Positions 8,357 through 15,779 of a stretch of 64,000 nucleotides of DNA are shown one piece after another. A model generated the notes under the pieces. It worked only from the letters and a program-made list of their open reading frames with translations, made no database searches and was not told the origin of the DNA. Each line of letters starts with the position of its first letter. The stretch's first letter is position 1. Origin of the DNA: Minisyncoccota bacterium (GTDB lineage: Bacteria; Patescibacteriota; Minisyncoccia; Phycocordibacterales; UBA9973); contig DAONFW010000005.1 of assembly GCA_035403785.1 (NCBI GenBank), positions 3,045-67,044 of the forward strand, read 5' to 3'. A program made the translations under genes and the position numbers.

Positions 8357-8977
8357 TTATTTTTTTTCATTATTAAGTTGATTAATAATTCCTCTGGTAA
8401 TGGGACCGACAATACCATCGGGTTTTAATTTGTTTTTAGTTTGGAATGCTTTGACTGCTTTGTCAGTAAGTTTTCCAAATAATGTGGTTTCATGTCCTGT
8501 TGAACCAAATCCTGTTTGAGTTAGTGAAAAGCCATGAGTGTTTAAGAATACTTGAAGTGCTTTAACATCAGTTCCTATCATTTTGAGTTTTAAAGTTCTT
8601 TCGAGTAATGGTGGTGTTACTGTTGATGTAGGATTTTCTGTAGGAGTAACTACTGGAAGATTTGCTTTTGATCCATAACCTGGCAAATAACTACCGGAAG
8701 AAGTGTGGTGAGTTCTAGTACTGGCTGGTCTCCAGTCAGTGGTTACTATGTTTGTATTATCTTTATCAAAAGTGATCCAACCGATGTTTTCACCATAAGC
8801 GGCTCCGGTGAAGTAACCATGGTTGTCTATGGTAACATTTGAGAAGTCTACCCAACCTATGTTTTCACCCCAAGCGTAACCGGTGACAGTTCCGTTAGTG
8901 GTAGAAGCGAAAGCTTGAGTGGAAATGATTAGAAATGAGAATAGAAAGATTGTTAGTAATGTTAGTTTATTTTTCAT
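8357..8977 (-). CDS. Secreted protein with GENIGW repeats and a C-terminal peptidoglycan-binding (PG_binding_1-like) domain.
   Basis: The signal peptide is MKNKLTLLTIFLFSFLIISTQAFA. The repeats are GYAWGENIGWVDF and AYGENIGWITF. The C-terminal …VKALQVFLNTHGF…PDGIVGPITRGIINQL matches the PGBD consensus and is similar to the C-terminus of gene 62177-64000. Confidence 0.55.
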   Translation of the reverse strand: MKNKLTLLTIFLFSFLIISTQAFASTTNGTVTGYAWGENIGWVDFSNVTIDNHGYFTGAAYGENIGWITFDKDNTNIVTTDWRPASTRTHHTSSGSYLPGYGSKANLPVVTPTENPTSTVTPPLLERTLKLKMIGTDVKALQVFLNTHGFSLTQTGFGSTGHETTLFGKLTDKAVKAFQTKNKLKPDGIVGPITRGIINQLNNEKK

Positions 8978-9054
8978 AATTACATAATCTTTAAATCCAC
9001 ACTTTTAGTGGGACAAGTTAATTGATAATATTTGTAACTAAATACATTATAACC

Positions 9055-9076
9055 TATATATATATATATATATATT
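9055..9076. repeat. (TA)11 dinucleotide microsatellite.
   Basis: tatatatatatatatatatata lies 78-100 nt upstream of the ATG of the minus-strand surface-protein gene 8357-8977. Confidence 0.9.
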
Positions 9077-9095
9077 CAAAATAGACTGGGGATAA

Positions 9096-10043
9096 CTATT
9101 TGTCCCAACTAAATCCCCTACCAAAATGGCCCCATTTTGAAGTTTCAGCAAATTTTACTTCATCTAATTTAAGTAAGTTTTTTATACCAGCTGGCGTTAA
9201 ATCATATTTTTCTAAATCTATTTTTTCTTCTTTTCCATCTAGAACAGTCACAGCCATGACTGGTTCTGGTTTACCAATGCAATAAGCTAATTTTACAAAA
9301 GCTTCTTTTGCTTTTCCTGATTTTACAAAATCAACTGCAATCTTTCGAGCAACATAAGCGCCAGATCTATCTACTTTCGTATAATCTTTTCCCGAAAAAG
9401 AACCCCCACCGATTGGAACTTCTGGACCATAATTATCTATTATTAATTTTCTTCCAGACAAACCTGTATCAGCGTCAAAACCACCAACATTCCATTCACC
9501 TGACTGATTAATTAAATATTCTTCAGAATTTATTAAACTTTTTACTAAATCTAATAATTCTGCATTTTTAGTATTTTGAAAACTCACAACTACTGTTTTT
9601 ACTTCTTCGTTTTCTAATGTAACCTGAACTTTCCCATCGTATGGATATTTTTCATAAATTTTCATACACAAATTTCTCGCCAGATCATATTCTCTCGGCA
9701 TCATACTTTCTGTTTCAGAAGTTGCATAACCTTTCATGATTCCTTGATCTCCCGCACCGCCAGTATCAACTCCTCGCGAAATTTCGAAACTTTGCTTTAC
9801 TAAATTTATTTTTACTTCAAAATCCTGATTGACTATTTTTTTTACCAAACTTTCTAAATCTGGATTTCCTAAACTTGTAATCTCGCCATTGATTGTAATC
9901 AAATTGTGTCCACCCATTACTTCTACTGCAACTCTGCTGTTCTTGTCTTCTTTCAAATACGCATCTAAAATAGAATCTGCGATAAAATCACAAATCTTAT
10001 CAGGATGCCCAGGACTAACAAATTCTGCTGTTTTTGTACTCAT
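9096..10043 (-). CDS. metK: S-adenosylmethionine synthetase, a compact 315-aa form.
   Basis: It carries the GHPDKICD motif and GGGSFSGKDYTKVDRSGAYVARKIA, the MetK signature GGGAFSGKDxTKVDRS, and ends in …GHFGRGFSWDK. Confidence 0.85.
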   Translation of the reverse strand: MSTKTAEFVSPGHPDKICDFIADSILDAYLKEDKNSRVAVEVMGGHNLITINGEITSLGNPDLESLVKKIVNQDFEVKINLVKQSFEISRGVDTGGAGDQGIMKGYATSETESMMPREYDLARNLCMKIYEKYPYDGKVQVTLENEEVKTVVVSFQNTKNAELLDLVKSLINSEEYLINQSGEWNVGGFDADTGLSGRKLIIDNYGPEVPIGGGSFSGKDYTKVDRSGAYVARKIAVDFVKSGKAKEAFVKLAYCIGKPEPVMAVTVLDGKEEKIDLEKYDLTPAGIKNLLKLDEVKFAETSKWGHFGRGFSWDK

Positions 10044-10059
10044 AATTTTTGTAATAAAA

Positions 10060-10212
10060 AATCTCTAAATATTTAGAGAAAATGTTTTTCACGTGGACTA
10101 GACGTAAACATATCTCTCCAGTTTTTTAAAACTGGTTGGATTTAGCACCTTACTTTTGCAGGTTGCTGAGCGAGTCATAAAGCCAAATCTCTCGTCGCTC
10201 TCTTGATAACTA
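10060..10212 (-). ncRNA. SAM-I (S-box) riboswitch in the metK 5' leader, with a terminator-type expression platform.
   Basis: The minus strand reads GUUAUCAAGAGAGCGACGAGAGAUUUGGCUUUAUGACUCGCUCAGCAACCUGCAAAAGUAAGGUGCUAAAUCCAACCAG…CUGGAGAGAUAUG. This matches the S-box consensus (cUCUUAUCAAGAGaGG…AUGA…GCAACC…AAGGUGCUAAAUCCaGCAg…GAGAGAU). It is followed by the hairpin UCUCUAAAUAUUUAGAGA plus a U-run ending about 18 nt before the metK ATG. Confidence 0.75.
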
Positions 10213-10310
10213 TTAACTTGTATATAAATACTACTATTATTTAGCATATTTTGCAAATAAATTAAATAAATTTTTACTTTAAAAATTTAACGTGCTACTA
10301 TTTTAATAAC

Positions 10311-11192
10311 ATGATTAAATCAATAATAAACACAAAAAATACAAAAGATGCAGACGTTGTCATTTTATCAGCGCCGTATGAAAAAACGGCTTCTTCTCGA
10401 AAAGGCACAATCAATGGTCCAAAAGCTATTGTAAAATGTCTTGAAGAAAAATTAGAATTTTTTGACAGACAGTTCAAAGTAGAAACAATAGATTTTGTAA
10501 AAATAGCGCATGAAGAATTAAAAAATATCAGCAAGCTATCTCCTGAAAAAGCTGTTCAAAAAATTAAAGACAAAACATTAAATTTATTAAATCAAAATAA
10601 ATTTGTATTTTTGTTTGGCGGTGAACATTCTGTCTCTATTGGTGTTTTTGACGCGCTAAAAGAAAAATATAACCCAAAAGACGTAACTATCTTACATATA
10701 GATGCGCATTGTGATTTGCGAGACAGTGACGCTGATTATAGTAAAAAACCAACAAAGTTTGCTCATTCTGCTGTAATGCGTAGAGCTTCTGAATTTGGAT
10801 TTAATTTAGTGCAAGTTGGTATTAGAACTTACGACAAAACAGAATATGCATATTTTTCTGATCCAGAAAATAATGTTCGCGTTTTTGAATGGAAAAGAAA
10901 AATCCCTGAAATTTCAGAAATTTTAGAATCTATCAAAACAAAATATATTTATATTTCAGTAGACGTAGACGGATTTGACCCAAGCTTTATGCCCGGCACA
11001 GGTACTCCGGTACAAGGCGGACTTGATTGGTGGTATGGATTAGAACTTATAGAACGCGCAATTTATGAAAAAGAACTAATCGGCGCAGATATTGTAGAAG
11101 TTTCTCCACAAAAAGATTCTGTTCTAACAGAATATGGCGCAGCGCAAATATTTTATTCTGTAATTACACACAAATTTAAGAATAGATTTTAA
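10311..11192 (+). CDS. Arginase/agmatinase-family ureohydrolase.
   Basis: A 293-aa ORF with the metal-binding motifs GGEHSVSIG, ILHIDAHCDLRD and SVDVDGFDPSFMPGTGTP, which fit the agmatinase/arginase fold. Confidence 0.75.
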   Translation: MIKSIINTKNTKDADVVILSAPYEKTASSRKGTINGPKAIVKCLEEKLEFFDRQFKVETIDFVKIAHEELKNISKLSPEKAVQKIKDKTLNLLNQNKFVFLFGGEHSVSIGVFDALKEKYNPKDVTILHIDAHCDLRDSDADYSKKPTKFAHSAVMRRASEFGFNLVQVGIRTYDKTEYAYFSDPENNVRVFEWKRKIPEISEILESIKTKYIYISVDVDGFDPSFMPGTGTPVQGGLDWWYGLELIERAIYEKELIGADIVEVSPQKDSVLTEYGAAQIFYSVITHKFKNRF

Positions 11193-11785
11193 GAAATTTT
11201 TGTTTCTTTTATTCTAAAACATTTTCTAGATATTAAAAATATTTCAAAAGTATTGGCTAAAATTAAGTAAACTGGGAAAGCATAAATGGCAAATTCCCAG
11301 TTCTTTATTATTAATAAAGCAAGAATATTATTTATAATACCACCTAAAAAAATTAAAGTATTTTCTGTTTCTGGAAATTTATAAGTCTTTATCATGATCG
11401 GAATGTAAGCGAGAAAATCAGCCAAAACAGCGAACAAAATAGAAATTCCCAATTTGTGTGTAATTATATATAAAATTAAAGAAAAAATAGCAAAGGAACA
11501 ACATACAATATCAAGTAAATTGATTTTCCAAAATGCTTCTTTTTTAAAAATTAGAGAAATAGTTAAAACCAAAAACGGCCCGAATCCGGCCATAAAAGTA
11601 CCCAAAACAGAAAGATTTGCTCCAGCTTTTATTTGCAAAAACACCCCAACAGCTGGTGCAAGAGTCCAAACAAACCAAGAAATTGGGTTTGGTTTTGTTT
11701 TATTTTTAAAAATACTTCGAACGTACAGAATAGTAAAAAATAAATTTAATACAACTCCGATAAAAATTATGTTTTCTGGTAACAT
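11189..11785 (-). CDS. Hypothetical integral membrane protein.
   Basis: A 198-aa ORF, strongly hydrophobic with about six predicted transmembrane segments. No family was recognised. Confidence 0.3.
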   Translation of the reverse strand: MLPENIIFIGVVLNLFFTILYVRSIFKNKTKPNPISWFVWTLAPAVGVFLQIKAGANLSVLGTFMAGFGPFLVLTISLIFKKEAFWKINLLDIVCCSFAIFSLILYIITHKLGISILFAVLADFLAYIPIMIKTYKFPETENTLIFLGGIINNILALLIIKNWEFAIYAFPVYLILANTFEIFLISRKCFRIKETKIS

Positions 11786-11798
11786 TTTGATTTAAAAA

Positions 11799-12461
11799 TT
11801 AAATTCCTTCTTTTTTAAGCTCTTCTAGTAATTCTTTTGCTTTTTTAGAAAGTTTACTTGGCGTTTTAACTTTTATTCTAATATACAAATCACCTGATTT
11901 GCCATTTTTTATTTCTTCACCGTAACCTGTCATTTTGAGAGTCTGCCCATTCACGATACCAGCTGGAATTTTTATTTTTACTTCTTTTTTACCGCCGATT
12001 ATTATTTTCTTTTCTGTTCCGAGAATAGAATCAGTTAGAGAAATATTTAACTCTGTTTCCATGTCTCTGCCTCTTGGTGTTCTTTTGTAAAATCCCCCAG
12101 ATCTACTACCACCACCAAAAAATTCAGAAAAAATATCATTCAAATCAAATTCCATACCTCCAGTACCATTTTGTCCAAAACCAGAAAAATCGAAACCGCC
12201 GAAGCCACCAAAACCTCCTTGTTGCGCACCTCCGAATCCTCCTTGCATGTTTTCAAAACCAGCTCCATATTGGTCATATTTTGCCCTCTTTGAGTCATCA
12301 GAAAGAACCTGATAAGCTTCGTTTACCTCTTTAAATTTCTTTTCATCTCCATCTTTTTTGTCAGGATGATATTTGTGTGCGAGTTTATAAAAAGCCTTTT
12401 TAATTTCGTCTTTTGAGGCGTTTTTATTAACTCCTAATGTTTCATAGTAATCTTTTTTCAT
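11799..12461 (-). CDS. J-domain protein (DnaJ-like) with a G/F-rich linker and no CxxCxGxG zinc finger.
   Basis: The J domain reads [32 protein letters not shown] (HPD motif), followed by a GGFGG-rich region. The zinc-finger repeats are absent. Confidence 0.7.
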   Translation of the reverse strand: MKKDYYETLGVNKNASKDEIKKAFYKLAHKYHPDKKDGDEKKFKEVNEAYQVLSDDSKRAKYDQYGAGFENMQGGFGGAQQGGFGGFGGFDFSGFGQNGTGGMEFDLNDIFSEFFGGGSRSGGFYKRTPRGRDMETELNISLTDSILGTEKKIIIGGKKEVKIKIPAGIVNGQTLKMTGYGEEIKNGKSGDLYIRIKVKTPSKLSKKAKELLEELKKEGI

Positions 12462-12512
12462 AGCGTCAAATTGTTATTATAATTCGTTCTAAAATTCAGT
12501 CAAGTTTTATTT

Positions 12513-14012
12513 TTAAATCATCGGTTCTGCTTCGATATTTTCTTCATCCTCAGAATCTTCTTTATTTCCAACGTAATTTTCTTCTTCAACCTCTTCTGTT
12601 TTTTTACTTTTCTTTCCTTCAATAATAGCTTTTTCTTCTGCGCTTCTAATAATACTTGCTTCTTCTTCGGCTATTAATTTTGCTGCAGCATCTTTTGGAA
12701 TTGTGTATTTTTTTCTAGAAGCTGCTATTATTTCGTCTCTTAAAGATTCATGAGTCGGCGGTAAAACTTTCAAAGTTTCTGCAGAAAACGGATCGTAAGA
12801 TTCTCCATCGATAGTCATTTTTACATACATTTCACCAACCGCTAAGTTAATCATATCTTTCACGCCGAATATCGGATCAAATTCTGGTTTTAATTTTACG
12901 GCATCTTCTCCACCAACTCTAAAGCAAATTACACTTCCGACGTTTCCGAGCACTGCTTGATGAACTTTCGGTAAAATTTGCCCAACATATTGATGCGCCA
13001 TTGTTAAATTTAAACCGTACTTTCTGGCTTCCGATAAAATATTTTCAAAAGTCTGCGTAACGACATTTTGGAACTCGTCTACATATAGATAAAAATCTTT
13101 ACGTTGAGATTCCGGAATTGCTGCACGTTCCATTCCTGCTTGCTTAATTTTTGTTAGAAAGATAGAACCCAAAAAGCTAGAATTTTCTTCACCCAATCTT
13201 CCTTTTGACAGATTAATCAAAATTATTTTCTGCTCGTTCATTAATTTATTGATATCTATTTTATTTTCTTTCTGACCGAAAATATTTCTAAGCAACGGAT
13301 CTGACAAAAATTGTCCCAATTTGTTAACAAGTGGGATAATAGCGTCGTTATCAAATTTTTCAGACCAATCAGCGAATTCTATTGCGAAGAATCTTTTTAC
13401 CATATCATCCTGAATATATTCAACAACTTTTTGTCTGTAATTTCTGTCTGTCAGCATAGAAATCATGCCTCTCATCGTCGCATACGGATAATCCAAAAGC
13501 GCAAGACAAGTGAATCTAAAAACGTGTTCAAGTCTTGGTGTCCAGTTTGCGCCAAATTGTTTTTGAAAAACTTCTATCAATCCCTGCGTAAGTTGGAATT
13601 TAAACATCGGGTCAACGTTGGAAAGCGGATTGAAAGAAGCTGGAAAATTTATATCAGCTGGATCGATTATGCAAACGTCTTCAATTCTCTCTTTTGGAAT
13701 ATAATCCAAAATAGCATCTACTACGTCACCGTGCGGATCTATCAAACACAATCCATGACCATATGTTATATCCTGACGAATAAAAAGCTCAAGAAGCTTC
13801 GTCTTTCCTACTCCAGATTTTCCAATGATATAAAGATGGCGTTTTCTGTCTACCCTTTTTACGCCGAAAATGAATTTCTTTTCTTCAAGAGCAGCAACAT
13901 AGTTGGTTCTTCCAATGAAAGAAACTTCAGCTGGATCAACCTTGCCAAAAACCGGTAATTCCGGTGGTGGTGGAGCATATTTAACTATTTGTACTCTGTT
14001 TTCTCGAGCCAT
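12513..14012 (-). CDS. Soluble VirD4/TraD/TrwB-like (type IV coupling-protein family) P-loop ATPase, paralog 1.
   Basis: A 499-aa ORF. The Walker A motif is YIIGKSGVGKT and the Walker B motif is FYLYVDEFQNV. The C-terminal motif ARKYGLNLTMAHQYVGQI resembles the RKxG…Q motif of VirD4/TraG. There is no N-terminal transmembrane segment, and it is paralogous to 15780-18020. Confidence 0.55.
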   Translation of the reverse strand: MARENRVQIVKYAPPPPELPVFGKVDPAEVSFIGRTNYVAALEEKKFIFGVKRVDRKRHLYIIGKSGVGKTKLLELFIRQDITYGHGLCLIDPHGDVVDAILDYIPKERIEDVCIIDPADINFPASFNPLSNVDPMFKFQLTQGLIEVFQKQFGANWTPRLEHVFRFTCLALLDYPYATMRGMISMLTDRNYRQKVVEYIQDDMVKRFFAIEFADWSEKFDNDAIIPLVNKLGQFLSDPLLRNIFGQKENKIDINKLMNEQKIILINLSKGRLGEENSSFLGSIFLTKIKQAGMERAAIPESQRKDFYLYVDEFQNVVTQTFENILSEARKYGLNLTMAHQYVGQILPKVHQAVLGNVGSVICFRVGGEDAVKLKPEFDPIFGVKDMINLAVGEMYVKMTIDGESYDPFSAETLKVLPPTHESLRDEIIAASRKKYTIPKDAAAKLIAEEEASIIRSAEEKAIIEGKKSKKTEEVEEENYVGNKEDSEDEENIEAEPMI

Positions 14013-14054
14013 AATATCTTTATATTTTAATACATTTTTTGTGTTTTTTCAATC

Positions 14055-15779
14055 CTAGTATATTTCTCTCTTATAACAATCATCGCAATAAGGTTTATAA
14101 CCTTCCAAAGTAGCATGACTACTCAAAATTTCCAAACCACACTTAAAACATTTATCTTTAAAAACCTTAAAATTATTCAAATATTTGAATCTTTCAACTA
14201 TTCTTTCGTATGGAGCAAAAGATGGAATTGCAATGTTTTTTCTTTTATAAAATTCAAATTCTTCTTTTACTATTCTAAAAGGTTTACTCAACGACTCACT
14301 CATAATTCCGACATTTAAAATCTCATCAGAAATATCTTTAATATCATTTTCTATTTCATTAAGATTAATTATTTTTATTTCACTCGATAAGTCAGAATTC
14401 TGATCATACCACCATCCATTCAAATTCAAAACTTCTTCTTTAGAAATATTATATATGATGTTAGAAAGTGAAGCATTATAAGGAAAAGGACTTATAGAAA
14501 AAGAAAAAAATTCTCCATATTCACCATCTGCAAGCATTTTTGATTTTATTTCATCTACTAATTTCCAATACCCTTCTTCTGTATACTGTTTGTTAAAAAC
14601 ACAATATTTAGCATTTACAAGCCCAATACAACCAAAACAATACTGACAATTTTTGCAGTTCATTGTGTACTCACAATCTCTAATTTCTCTACCAAAACTA
14701 GAAAATTTAACATTAAAACAATTATTTCCTACGCCAGAGGTTGCATACAAACTTTCAGCATTTGCCGAAATTGTACAATCATAGCAGTCATTCAATTTTA
14801 TAACAAAATCAACATTCATTAAATTTTCACAATACATCGCCCATGTTGTATTGAAACAGTTTTTAGAGTTTACTAAATAATTTCCAGAAATATTCTGAGA
14901 ATGTTCATTACGAAGAGCTTTGATTGGAAGACTTTTTACTAAATCAGAAAAATTAATTTTGCATTTTTTTAATTCATTTCTGTTACCTAAATTTATTTTA
15001 GAAATTTCTTCAAAATATTGTTCTTTTGTATATTGTTTATTCCAAATGCAATATTTTTTATTTCTTAAATTAACACAACCAAAACAATCATTACAATTTC
15101 TACAATCATAAATAAAACTGCAATCTAGACAATCTTTAGAAAAATAAACAAAATTGCAATTATAACAATTTTCTGGGTAAACTCCTTCGTATATTAAATT
15201 TGTATTTACTGAAACAAGAATATCTAACGAATCTTTTGTTTCCATTGGCCACATACTAAACATTACATTTTCGGCTTTCATTCCACCAAAAACATAAAAA
15301 CAGTTTTTTAACTGGATACCATAAGAAGTATATTGGCTATTTATACTTTCTGGGTTACGGGTCAATGCTGGTTGTGGAGATTTTAAAAAAAGTTTTTTAA
15401 ACTGATCAGAAAAAGAGCCCGAGAAATCGAAATCTACGCCATAATCATTTCCATTTCTATCCCCGTGCCAATAATAATCAAAATCAAAAACAGAAAATTC
15501 TGTTTTTTCTGGTATAGAAGAAATAATTTTCTCGGTATGATTTGGGACATCGCACGGTCTTTTAAATAAAGTTGTATAGTTTACGAACGCCAAGCGTCTT
15601 TGCCTGCGACAGTCATAACACATTTTTGGCTCTGGCACTTTAAATTTTTTAAAAAACTTAATATCATTTTCTGTTATTTCAAATTCATTTTTACATTGAA
15701 CACAATTTTTAAAATGTGGTTTTAAATCAACCAATAAAGATTCAATAGCTTTATCAAATTTAGGAGTCTTAGAAATCAT
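14055..15779 (-). CDS. Cysteine-rich repeat protein with terminal zinc-ribbon-like CxxC pairs. Function unknown.
   Basis: A 574-aa ORF. The N-terminus has CVQC…CYDC and the C-terminus has CFKC…CDDC. There are two internal repeats of the form C.NC..CFGC..L.N.KYC..NKQYT.E.Y. Its start abuts the stop of the upstream ATPase (15779/15780), suggesting translational coupling. Confidence 0.5.
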   Translation of the reverse strand: MISKTPKFDKAIESLLVDLKPHFKNCVQCKNEFEITENDIKFFKKFKVPEPKMCYDCRRQRRLAFVNYTTLFKRPCDVPNHTEKIISSIPEKTEFSVFDFDYYWHGDRNGNDYGVDFDFSGSFSDQFKKLFLKSPQPALTRNPESINSQYTSYGIQLKNCFYVFGGMKAENVMFSMWPMETKDSLDILVSVNTNLIYEGVYPENCYNCNFVYFSKDCLDCSFIYDCRNCNDCFGCVNLRNKKYCIWNKQYTKEQYFEEISKINLGNRNELKKCKINFSDLVKSLPIKALRNEHSQNISGNYLVNSKNCFNTTWAMYCENLMNVDFVIKLNDCYDCTISANAESLYATSGVGNNCFNVKFSSFGREIRDCEYTMNCKNCQYCFGCIGLVNAKYCVFNKQYTEEGYWKLVDEIKSKMLADGEYGEFFSFSISPFPYNASLSNIIYNISKEEVLNLNGWWYDQNSDLSSEIKIINLNEIENDIKDISDEILNVGIMSESLSKPFRIVKEEFEFYKRKNIAIPSFAPYERIVERFKYLNNFKVFKDKCFKCGLEILSSHATLEGYKPYCDDCYKREIY

